From Octopus vulgaris (Eukaryota), in assembly GCA_951406725.2 (NCBI GenBank), contig OX597814.1, forward strand, positions 32,302,001-32,366,000: 64,000 nt of DNA, written 5' to 3'. How positions within the stretch are numbered: the first letter of the stretch is position 1; the number at the start of each line of letters is the position of its first letter. This document shows positions 13,381 to 25,200 of the stretch, in pieces. A program made the translations under genes and the position numbers. The notes beneath the pieces are model-generated. The model ran no database searches. It was given only the letters and a program-made list of their open reading frames with translations, and had not been told where the DNA came from.

Positions 13381-14139
13381 AGATATTTATATATTAACAA
13401 AGAAAACTCACAAAGAGTACGAAGACACCGTCTCCTCGTTGTGTGTTGGGACAATTAAGTCAACCTATGGTGCATCAAATGTAACACCACCAACAATAAT
13501 ACTGTCGGTACGATCAATTTGAGCGGTTATTGTGCAAGCCAATGATGAAGCGTTCGTGTGGTCAATCAAACAGTTAAAAATATCAGCCTGATCTATGTTT
13601 AGGCACATCTCACATATCTTTAAAACTGGCACGCTTAATAATGTACTCATTGATTTCATACATACAAGAAAGAGACGAGATAGTCACGGCTCTATGTGCG
13701 TGTGTAACTGTGTGTTTGCATGTGAGTACACACACACACACATACACACACACACACACACACACAGAGTTTTACATCATTACTGAGTCGCCTTATAACT
13801 TGTTTACTTCGTTGTCTGTTAAATGATTTTGTCTATCAATCCAACTGGAATGCGGATCCCTCACTTTTTATTTCTGATCATATTATATACTACGCACTAC
13901 TGCGATTCCCGAATTTTAAAAATGACAGTTTAGGTTAAATCCACTGCACCAGACGAAGACTTGTAGTGAGCTGTGCTTCGTTCTTTGACTGCCTATTGAA
14001 GTTGATATATACATACATAAACAGACATTTGAACTCAAACATTTGAAATTAACCCCAATGTAATCGGTGAAACTAAGCGCGTCTGTTTTTTATACGGAAA
14101 ACTGGTGGTTAGTTTTACAAATTATATTACCTGTGGAAC

Positions 14140-14217
14140 GATCATACTGACGAGCCATACGGACGAGGATTACGTAAGTGATTCGTTCGTTAATAGGCGA
14201 AACCTAGGTCTGCGATT
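14140..14217 (+). ncRNA. Type I hammerhead ribozyme motif (PLE-associated)
   Basis: gatcata-CTGACGA-GCC(long hairpin)GGC-GAAAC-ctag-GTC-tgcgatt; complete core, palindromic stem III ACCTAGGT, stem I with one mismatch and G-U pairs. Confidence 0.75.
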
Positions 14218-14399
14218 AACTTGTTTTTTATATAATTTTCATCTGTCTTGCCCGCATATTGTTCTGGTGTCCGCTGAATTTTTCTCTAGAGAACATTCTT
14301 TCCTTTGAAGTTTGATCGCAGGTGATCTACTTCTAGCATATGGCTGACCACATAGTGGTTATTTAGCCCTTTAAATACATAAATAAACATATAGGAGAG

Positions 14400-14556
14400 A
14401 TGTAAGTCGATTACATCGACCCCAGTGTTCAATTGGTACTTATTTCAAAGAACCTCAAAGAATAAAATGCGAAGTCGACCTCAGAACCTAAAGACAGAGA
14501 AGACGTCGTAAAGCATTCTGCCTTTGGTTCCAACGATTCTGTCAGTTCGCTGCCTT
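14400..14556 (-). mobile_element. SINE family B, deleted and diverged
   Basis: gtcgattacatcgaccccagtg...gaagtcgacctc. Confidence 0.6.
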
Positions 14557-14809
14557 ATGGGCTTATATAGCATTGATAAACATCCACAACAGAACTATTT
14601 TTCGCAAGTAGCGTTAATAAACCTTGCTCAATCTCTTTGTTTCGAAGAAAAAATACTAAATCAAAGTTAAATTTCGCAAGAGAAGAGCGTTTTGACACAG
14701 TGCTCCTAGATAGGAAGAAGGGCGGAATTTTGGTTAGCACCATGATAATGTTCTTCTCGGTCACAAGTGATCTAAGATTAAGCAACAATTCTTTGACTCA
14801 ACATTCTGC

Positions 14810-14843
<34 letters not shown>

Positions 14844-15922
14844 TGAAATAGAAAAGGAGGAGAGAGAAAAGTAGAAAAGGAAAGTGTGCTTCTGTGTGTG
14901 TGTGCGTGTGTGTATGTGTGCGCGTTGTGTGTTTTGTGTGTGCATGTGTGGTATTGTGTGTGTGTGTGTATGTGTGTGTGTGAGTATGTAGGTGTGCATG
15001 TGTTTGTGTAATGAAATTACACACAGAATCAAGAAGAGTTTCATATCCTGATGTATCTGAACAATCATCAGATGAAAACAACACCTCTCAAAGTAAATGA
15101 ATTGCATGACACTCTTTTTATCAATCATATACACTAAATGCAATTATTTTAATACAATTAATCGCATACACAGACATGTAAGTGTACATTTGCGTGCATG
15201 AATGTGTCTCTTTTTTTCCGTCCGCATATGTTCGCATGCATTTGAATGTCAACCCCACACCTGAAGGTTTCGATCATCCAGCCTCCTGTAGCAACACTTA
15301 GATACATAGCATCTATTGCATGAGAATTCCATCATTATCCTAGGATTCTTTTTATTGTATGAAATGCGCAATACAATAGAATCTAAATGGTTTTTCTGAG
15401 CAGTAAATCGTTTTTATCAGAAACTAAACTTAACATATCAGTGATGTGTGCATATACAGGTATATATACATACATATACATATATATGCACACACATACC
15501 CACACACATATATATATATATACATACATAGACACACATGTATATTCATACATACATGTTTATATAAGTATGTAGTATGCCTTAAATTGAAATTTCTAGT
15601 TTCGTGTACATAAGCAAATCCTATCATGTTTTCTTTTGAGTTGCATTGAAACCACCATTGGTCTCTTAGATAGGTAGAACTCTAATCAGTGTATTGTCTA
15701 TTGTGCTCAAAATCTCGGTATTGAAGCGTGTATGTCGTTATGTAAGTATTGTGTTATATATATATGTAAATGTATGCATTCGTGTGTATATATGTTTCTG
15801 CTTGTATATTTCTGAGGGCAAATGTGATAGACATTTTATTTAAGTTATACATTGCTACATCTCTAAAAGCATCTATAATTACGTATACACACATTTTTAT
15901 GCACCTATATATATATACATAC

Positions 15923-15983
<61 letters not shown>

Positions 15984-15986
15984 TAT

Positions 15987-16065
<79 letters not shown>

Positions 16066-16809
16066 TTTACATATACAGATACATTTATATATACATACAT
16101 ATATATATTGGTATTTATATACTCTTTTATTCTTATTCGTTTATTTTTATTTACCTATTTATTTATTTGCTTATTTGGATCACTTATACATATGATTGTA
16201 ATCAATTAATAAATAGATATACTTGAATGTTTACTAGCTTACGTTGGTCGATTGTTTGTCCTCTCCATTTTCTTATTTATCTTATAAATTCTGAGTAAAG
16301 TCCTGCTTTACCCACAACCCATACCTTGTATGCAATTGCGATATTGCCCTGCAATAGTAAGCACTGGGATATAAATAGGCAGGTATACATCCAGAAATAT
16401 ATTGGATATTTACTATCTCTTAGATGGTTGCTAAACCTCTAAATATGTATATATGCTACAAATAACAATTGAATCTTCATCTCACATCCTGACGTTTGAT
16501 AATACATCATGTAATGCCATGCTGAAGCCCTAAGATACAGTCTTAGAAAACGATACAATGGATAATCGCATGAAGAACACATGTTCTAGAGCCCATTTCC
16601 TGAAAATTCAGGCATGACCAAGTGGTCAAGAAGTTCGCTTCACAGTCATAAGGACCAAAACCCAGTTCCACGCATTGCATTTTAGGAAAAAATTTACAGT
16701 TAACCCCGTCCAACGCCAGCTTTTTGCGTTAAACTGGGAACATAGAAACTGTGAATGCTAATTATTTGCACCTTACTTGTAATTCAATGTTCGAGGCTTG
16801 CTACATATG

Positions 16810-17020
16810 TTTCCAAATGTTGACACATGGCCAGTGATTTCAGTGGGAGTGGTATACTGATCGCATGGACACTAGTGGGCATTTTTACTTATTTTATTGA
16901 CCCTGAAATGATGAAAGGTAAAGTCGACTTCGGCGGAATTCGAACTCAGAGCATAAGATAGGCGTAATGCCACTAAACATTTCGTTCGGCATACTAACAA
17001 TTCTCTGAGTTGACCGCCTT
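16810..17020 (-). mobile_element. SINE family B, diverged
   Basis: gatgaaaggtaaagtcgacttcggcggaattcgaactcag. Confidence 0.7.
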
Positions 17021-17419
17021 CTATGCTTGCTACCTACTGAGTTTCGTTGATTCCATCACTGTACACACACGCGCGCACACATGCACACACGCATATCCAC
17101 TCACACATAATTATATACACACGGTGTCGCATATGTATGTATGTACCCACACGTGTCTACGCGCATAGGTACATCATGGTCTATACACAGTCAGACGAGG
17201 GTCGATTCTTAAGAAAAAGAAAGTGAACAAACTTATAGAAAATATTGCATAGAATTTGAGAAGTGTTTTAATCGTTAATCAATGATGGTAGGTGAATCAA
17301 ACATATTGTTCGTTGTAGGATATAAATAATATGACCACTTGCCTATCGGGAAATTTGTAAGATCGGTTTAAATTTTCTTTTTTTTTTTCTTAAGTATCAC
17401 AATTAAAGTATTTATACTC

Positions 17420-18600
17420 CGCTGAAGTTAAGACTCCTCCACTCAACACTATTCCTTTAATTATTTCGTAGCTATGAAGTCTTTGTGAGCCTTTCAAAGC
17501 AGCATTTACTTTTAATATCTCAGTAACTTAAGCAGCTAGGAGTGAAGGAATAACATTGAATGCCTTTCTGTAATCACATCGTTGAATTACACAGTTTCAG
17601 TAGTGTTTCCTTACTTAAAATAGCAGTTTACTGATCAAAAGGTTTTCATTACATTCTACTTTTCCTTTCCTTGCTTACCATACGCTTTATGGATGAACTC
17701 AAAAAAGTCTTACAGGAATTGAGGCACCTTGTGTGTAGCTTGTGCATTACGTTTTTGGCAAGCAATTGTCCAATAATTTCCCATCAGTTTGTGTTTACAT
17801 TCACGATTCCAAGATTTCTATGTGCGCTGGCAAGTCAGTTTGTATCTCAATTTAGCATCTCTATAAGTTTCTGAAATATATAGCTGTTGTTGACTTTCTT
17901 TAGCATGTCAAACTCTAGTAAGAAAATTGACCAGTAAGTTCTATTTCTGATGTCTTCTAGTTATGCAAGTTTCCAACAACCTCAGTGGGAGTTTCATAGT
18001 CGACTGTATAAGTCTTACTGTCTGTTGAAAGTAGCATAGTGCTCTTGATATATCTCTACATGATTTGCCTGGCAAAATCATTCCTTTTATTTTAGACGCT
18101 GGACGAATAGGTTGTAAGACCTTCCTAAAATGCTACTTTATTTTACAAAAATATTATTTCTCTTCATCTTCTTGTATACAATTTGGAGATTAGAATCCAT
18201 TGTTTTCTTTCTTTCCTGATACACAAGTTTTTCACTAAAGGTTTCGACTTCATGCTATTAAAGTCATGAACTTTTCCCTCAAGATTTCAAAGTGTATAAA
18301 CTCTGTACATTTTTGTATATATTTTCAATGTGATGTAGTTTGTCTAACGTAAATTTATTATTCACCTTAATCATTAGAACGGTGTCTAGATGTCTGATTT
18401 TGGGGCGCAGAGACTAAATATTTTCTTGCAATTTCGTCATTCACCTGGGTTGCTAACATCGATTAACTTCATTACCGAATGAAATTAAATTACCTTCCAC
18501 GCATGTATTCTGAATGACAACAGCTGTATACATGCAGATATCGATAGCCCAATGTGTTATCACATTTTTGATAGTCTTTAACAATAAACGTGTACAAGAG
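17420..18600 (-). pseudogene. Heavily decayed LINE reverse transcriptase fragment (clade uncertain, L1-like)
   Basis: Broken minus-strand translation gives ILPGKSCRDI (QxGFxPGRS-like), FLLEFDMLK (DxxKAFD-like) and TQGASIPVRLF (QGxPLSPxLF-like) in RT order. Confidence 0.45.
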
Positions 18601-18727
18601 AGTGGTTGTTTATCTCTACACTTGTCAAAAGACCCCTGTTATCAAATAACTTAGAAAAGTTGGAAAAATTATTTTCAAACTGTGCTTTTTGAAAAAAACA
18701 TTTTGCTCTCTATAACTCCATCGCCAT

Positions 18728-19108
18728 GGCACTCCGTCGGTTACGACGACGAGTGTTCCAATTGATCCGATCAACGGAACAGCCGGCTCGTGAAATTAAC
18801 GTGCAAGTAGCTGAGCACTACACAGACACGTGTACCCTTAACGTAGTTCTCGGGGAGATTCAGCGTGACACAGAGTGTGACAAGGCTGGCCCTTTAAAAT
18901 ACAGGTACAACAGAAACAAGAAGAAAGAGTGAGAGAAAGTTGTGGTGAAAGAGTAAAGCAGAGTTCGCCACCACTCCCCTGCCGGAGACTCATGGAGCTT
19001 TAGGTGTTTTCGTTCAATAACCACTCACAACACCCGGTCTGTGAATCGAAATCGCGATCCGACGACCGCGAGTCCGTTGCCCTAATCACTGGACCATTGC
19101 ACCTCCAC
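18728..19108 (-). mobile_element. SINE family C, tail type 1
   Basis: Full-length match to the 4098 copy; imperfect target duplication gctctctata..tcca on both sides. Confidence 0.9.
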
Positions 19109-19227
19109 GCTCTCTATAGATTCCACTGTCATCTGTTTCAAATAGCTTTATCTGAAGAGTTATGAGATTTGTGAGTTGATGAACGCGGCATAATTTTTTT
19201 ATGTAGTTACGTGTTCATGCATTTATA

Positions 19228-19455
19228 TAATAATAATAATGAAATTATTGTATACAGTGCTCAAGTGCACCACAACTTGTATAAAGCATATGCAGTAATG
19301 TACAAATGTCTGGAAAGTGAACAGTGTATGAGTCAGATATATGCTTGCGTGTGTATGGAGGGGAAAAATCAGGCGTAGTGTTGACGAATCTCAGGAAGCA
19401 TGGAAGTTTTGAAGGATACAGTGTCCGACAACTAACAACTGATGCCGGCAGTTTA
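19228..19455 (-). mobile_element. CR1-like LINE 3' end, 5'-truncated
   Basis: Minus strand encodes KLPASVVSC..SFKTSMLPEIRQHYA* (WN.LP..VV...FK C-terminus), then a 3' UTR and (ATT)n tail. Confidence 0.65.
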
Positions 19456-19973
19456 TGTGTGTCTATGTGTTTAGATGCTTCTATGTTTATATGTTTCTAT
19501 ATATAATATGTAATGCAGCTACATTCTGCATTCTCCCTTTATGTGGCAAGATGAAGACAGCTTTCAAGCAAAAGCACAAATGTCAAGATTACATGATCTA
19601 AGCGCGAAATACGTTACGAAATAAAACTGTGAGAGAATGAAAACAGGAAGGGGTGATTTAACAAGTTAGTGACAAAAAAGGGAGAGGCAGATGGTAATAA
19701 GGGAGAGAAAATATGTGCGAGATAGGTATTGTGTAAATGCATGCGAGAGAGAAAGAGGGGGGAGAGGGGGAGAGAGGAAGAGAGGAAGAGAGAAAGAGGC
19801 AGAGAGATGGAATATGTGATTCTGTGTAGACGGGGGGTGCAGAGAGAAAAGTAGAACAGAAACAAACGAAACGATTAAAGGAAGAAAAACTGAGTGATGA
19901 CTGAAGTGATTGGCAAAAAGAATGGAGAAATTTATGAGTAACAGAGAAGTGAGCAGTTGATGAAGAATTGTTT

Positions 19974-20018
<45 letters not shown>

Positions 20019-20275
20019 AAGACGTGTGTGGAAGACGTATGTGAGAGAGAGAGAACGAAACTGAGAGAGAGGGAGAGGTAAAAAGCAAGAAAATCATAAA
20101 AATATAATACATAGAAAGAGAAAAGTTAATAAGATGATAGGCGCAGGAGTGGCTGTGTGGTAAGTAGCTTGCTAACCAACCACATGGTTCGGGGTTCTGT
20201 CCCACTGCGTGGCACCTTGGGCCGACCAAAGCCTTGTGAGTGGAGTTGGTAGACGGAAACTGAAAGAAGCCTGTC

Positions 20276-20300
<25 letters not shown>

Positions 20301-20313
<13 letters not shown>

Positions 20314-20636
20314 TTCGAGACAAAACCACTATTTTGCAAAACAAACAAGGAAAGACTTAATCAATACATAAACATTTTTAATATAAAGAAATAAACCGCC
20401 ACTACAATCGTTTCATGTCTTCAATGACATTCGTCAGGTGGATTGAAACGATTGTAGTGGCGGTTTATTTCTTTATATTAAAAATTTTTATGTATTGATT
20501 AAGTCTTTCCTTGTTTGTTTTGCAAAATAGTGGTTTTGTCTCGAATTAATATTATATAATATTTTACTATAAAATTGGATTTAATCCTAAATCTGATTTT
20601 TTCCCTTTAAATTTGGATTTCTTCCCTAATATTTAT

Positions 20637-20640
<4 letters not shown>
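20301..20640. mobile_element. Penelope-like pseudo-LTR with inverted truncated copy
   Basis: Arms 20301-20415 and 20444-20558 are about 115-bp inverted repeats with 1 mismatch; the right arm continues to 20640; a hammerhead spans the apex. Confidence 0.75.
20399..20442 (-). ncRNA. Intact minimal type I hammerhead ribozyme
   Basis: UCCAC-CUGACGA-AUGUC-auugaa-GACAU-GAAAC-gauu-GUA-GUGG; all core nucleotides present and stems I, II and III all pair. Confidence 0.85.
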
Positions 20641-20690
<50 letters not shown>

Positions 20691-21861
20691 TTGTGTGTGT
20701 GTATATGTTTGTGTGTCTGTGTTTGTCCTCCTAGCATTGCTTGACAACCGATGCTGGTGTGTTTACGTCCCCGTCACTTAGCGGTTCGGCAAAAGAGACC
20801 GATAGAATAAGTACTGGGTTTACAAAGAATAAGTCCCGGGGTCGATTTGCTCGACTAAAGGCGGTGCTCCAGCATGGCCGCAGTCAAATGACTGAAACAA
20901 GTAAAAAAAAGAAGAAGAAAAAGGGGGAAATTAGAGAGAGAGATCAACTACCAAATGAATATATGAAACATTATAAATGCTATTCACATCGTATTTTAAT
21001 CTGGTTTGCATCAAGCGAATATATTTAATTTTAGCCTGGCCATCTTTAGCACAAATCAGAGAATTTATTGTTTCTATATTAGAACAAATATTTTTACACT
21101 TAGCGCAGAATGTCCAAGAGTATTCGTTCCTGAGTAAACCAAATAAGGTCGAGCCACTACTGTGTGTGACGATCTGCCGAAGACATTCTATGAGAAGTCA
21201 ATTTTAAATATTTTTTTAAACACACAAATTTCCTTCAGAAGTTTCTCCAAGACTAAACATCACAGCTAGGGGTGATCAAATTTTGTATATACTTTATATA
21301 TATTCCACATTTTGCTAGTATAAGAAACTATGTAAAAAAAATAAAACAGTTCAAGACGCTAGAACTTAAAACAAGAGAAGAGAAAGAGGGACTGAGATTA
21401 CAAAGAGCCAGAACATGGCAACCTGTCGGCCGCACTTAGAGCTTCACCAGTCCACCAAAACAGATACTTTATTACCAGAATAAATAGCGCAAAGTACTCG
21501 GTCCGATACTCTAATGACTATGCTGATAATCACTTACATAATAGTTTAGGTGAATAAGGGGTAAGGAAATAAGGAATAAAAATATTTTATTTCCCTTTGA
21601 ATATATATAATGTAGAAAAATTTGAACGCTACCTAAAAGTAACGGGTAAAGATTTTTGTTGTCACTTTTCTTATTATTAGTGAGTTGTTATGACAGAGAG
21701 AGTGTTTGAATAGTTTTGCTAATGGCATTTGGCAATTGATTTATTCTGCTGAAGTTTTCTTATCTCGGTGCTTTCGATAATGATTTCTGAATCAGCATTT
21801 TCATTTTTTTCAAAATATATATACGTACGTGCGCAAGAACTTACACCTACCCACATACATA

Positions 21862-21898
<37 letters not shown>

Positions 21899-22575
21899 GC
21901 GCACACACACACATATATATATATAATTATACATATACATATATGTGTGCGTGTATCATTACTATTACTGTATTTCTTATACTTTTATGCCTTTATGTTT
22001 TTATGCTTTTCTTCATTATTTTTTCCTCCATTTCATATTTATCGTATATCAGTGAAGGAGAAATATACTCTGCTTCACCAGAGTAGAAACTATAACAACC
22101 GCTGTCTAGAACAAATAGAGTTTCGCTATATAATCTGTTAAGTGAAGTATAATGTTCCATCCATAGCTTGGCCTGGGCATGTAAAGTACAACAAATCACA
22201 ATCACAACAACTGACGAGGTACAAACCCGCAAAAAAAGGCTTCTTCCAGTTATCGTTTCTTGTTTCTACTCCGTCACAAGCTTATACACATATTCACCCA
22301 GGCAAAATGAGTCCATTTCAATTCCTGAAGATAATAATAATAATGTTTCAGGTTCATACTCATCATGACGAAACATGTAAAAATGAAAACGGAGCATTTA
22401 GTTATGATTGTCTTGAGAGAGACTGTAGTTAGGTTTGTTATCCAGCAACATTGTTTAACATGTTATGGCCTTCCCTGTTGCTTAGACTCCGGTTACCAGA
22501 AATCACAGTTAAATATGTCTATAACAACAAATTCCGATCTCAAGCAACTGCAAGCAACAACCACAGTAAACGTCT

Positions 22576-22997
22576 CAGGAGTGGCTGTGTGGTAAGTAGC
22601 TTGCTTACCAACCACATGGTTCCGGGTTCAGTCCCACTGCGTGGCATCTTGGGCAAGTGTCTTCTGCTATAGCCTCGGGCCGACCAATGCCTTGTGAGTG
22701 GATTTGGTAGACGGAAACTGAAAGAAGCCTGTCGTATATATGTATATATGTATATGTATATATATATATGTATGTGTGTCTGTGTTTGTCCCCCCACCCC
22801 AACATCGCTTGACAACCGATGTTGGTGTGTTTGCGTCCCCGTCACTTAGCGGTTCGGCAAAAGAGACCGATAGAATAAGTACTGGGCTTACAGAGAATAA
22901 GTCCCGGGGGTCGATTTGCTCGACTAAAGGCGGTGCTCCAGCATGGCCGCAGTCAAATGACTGAAACAAGTAAAAGAGTAAAAGAGATTAAAAGAGT
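22576..22997 (+). mobile_element. SINE family A
   Basis: Near full-length copy. Confidence 0.92.
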
Positions 22998-23163
22998 AAG
23001 TAATTTGATACAATTTCGCTCTTCCATCTTACAAAACAACAGAACAAAACTTAGTCGTAAATATGATTTTAGAAAACCATTGGAGAAAATTCCTTTCATT
23101 TGTTTAAAATCATTATTCCCATAACACTACTACGTTCATTTCTTTCAAGTTATTATGACTAAA

Positions 23164-23198
<35 letters not shown>

Positions 23199-23692
23199 GA
23201 GTGAGAGAGCAGTGCATGTCATCAAAGTGACACTGGGGTAAAATATACGAAGCCCAATATACCCATCATGACTACCCGTCTGATAAAGGTACACCAGGCA
23301 CATGCATCACAACCATATGTGCGCGACATGGTGATCTCATATCAAGATAAACAGCACATGACCTTGCAGGTGGGGCCCAGTTAGAATTTTCTTCAGGTTG
23401 AGTAGCCCATCCCGCTCAAAACGTCTCTGAATAAGGGTTGTTTAATGATGTTGAAAGAACCACCCATGTTTCCAGAGGTGAATTATTCAAACCCCAAAGA
23501 ATCCCCCCAACACATGGCCATGATGCTCCCCCACTACTTCTGCTCGTGATCAGAGATGCACATATCGTCAGCCACTAAGGGACATGCTCAACTGGTTAAG
23601 GTCAAGCAACTGACAAGCAAATCTGTGGTATTGAGCAGAATATTTGCTGTAGCCCATCTTTTATACCAAGACAAAACAATGTACATGATAAC

Positions 23693-23695
<3 letters not shown>
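23199..23695 (-). mobile_element. (TAA)n-inserted repeat of about 555 bp, truncated copy
   Basis: High identity to 58991-59546; flanked by (TAT)n on both sides; strand inferred. Confidence 0.8.
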
Positions 23696-23752
<57 letters not shown>

Positions 23753-23899
23753 GCAGCGTGGAAGGTGTTTATAAGCCATTTAAGAAACACGCAAAATCCG
23801 TTAGATTCACTTCAACATTTGAATCTAATTTGTCAAAATATTTTCGTCGCTTTGAGATTGTGACCTGTTCATTGACAAAATTCCGTGCTGCACGGAATA

Positions 23900-25200
23900 T
23901 ATTTGGTGTGGCTTCGGTTTGGTTTTATTCCTTGAAGGATTGAAGTAGGTAGCGGGTTACTACCTGTAACCTTAGGTATCGACAAGTTTTCGGCAGACTT
24001 TACAGTGCTTAGAATCCTCCTGATAATCCTTGCTGTCCCTGACAGACAGACGTTCTCTAGGAGCTGTACCGGACATTCCAGTTCAAGTGCATTCAGCCAT
24101 TTGTCTACATCTTGGCATACTGTTTCCAACGGAACAATTATTATAGGCACGACCTTTACTGTTCGCATGCTCCAAATTCTTTCTATTTTAAATTTTAAGG
24201 GCTTGTATATTCTTTGTTTCTCTTCCTCTTTCTTTACGTTCCTGGAATCAAACGGGCATGATGGGTCGATGAGTAAGCAACTTCACCCTCCCTTATCTAC
24301 AATCGTTATGCCTGGTCTATTATTTTCTAATTTCTTACCCGTTTGAAAATGAAAGTCCTACAAAATCTTACATTACTGTGACTCTAGTTCTCTTTCAACT
24401 CAAATGATTGTACCGCGTTTTTCCAGCTTCAAATCCCCATTACTGGTAATTTCCTGAGTAGAACTTTTACAGCCTGGTCGTGCCTCCATTTCTTATATTT
24501 CTTCCTGTGCCATAAGAGGAATGGTGATATAGAGTTACCCTGGAAAATGCCACATGAAATATTTACATCTCCAGCATTGAGAGATTCATTGTCACTGTTC
24601 AAATCAGTGTGGTTCTCCATGATCTCATACTTACAATGTTAAGCAGGTTATGGGTCTATAATTTTGGGGTCATTTGTTTCTTCGTTTTTTGGAAGTAGGA
24701 ATGTAACACCTTTAACTAACTAAGAGGGAAGCATACTAAGTTGTGGCAAAACATTGTTGTAAAGTTTACTTAGCAGTTCATGAGTTTCTGGATTTCAACA
24801 AGAAGTTAGGAATCTTACTCTTTCCTCAGTAGATATTCTATCAGTAGATATTCTATCAATCTAAGGGACAATTTTATTGTGTCATTTCTTCTGCCCAAAT
24901 TTAATTTCAAAATTCCTGCACTTCTTTTGATAGGACAGACTTTACCGTAACTGGCATTTTCCCTATCTTCCTGTGAAAATTTTTTGTGTTACTTTTAAAC
25001 ATGTCCTTGAAGAATCTAACGCGCTTTTCCTACCGGGCTATGCGGACAGCTTTAGCACATATCTTTTGCTTGATAGTTTCTATGGTGGTATCGATGTCAA
25101 GTATGGTTTTCATATAATTTTTCTTTAATTTTCGGATTTTTGTTGGTTTGATAGTCTTGTCAAACTTAAGGTATTTTAAGCATTGTATGTCAGCTCATTG
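23900..25200 (-). pseudogene. Decayed R4/Dong-type non-LTR retrotransposon (RT fragments plus restriction-like endonuclease C-terminus)
   Basis: VKVVPIIIVPLETV...LENVCLSGTARIIRRIL; GIFQGNSISP; QNYRPIT; many deletions. Confidence 0.75.

Larger units (their letters stand above)
20140..20907 (+). mobile_element. SINE family A interrupted in its internal (TA)n by a PLE-type hairpin insertion
   Basis: Head 20140-20280 (with a small microhomology deletion) and tail 20690-20907 flank the 20301-20640 insert. Confidence 0.9.
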
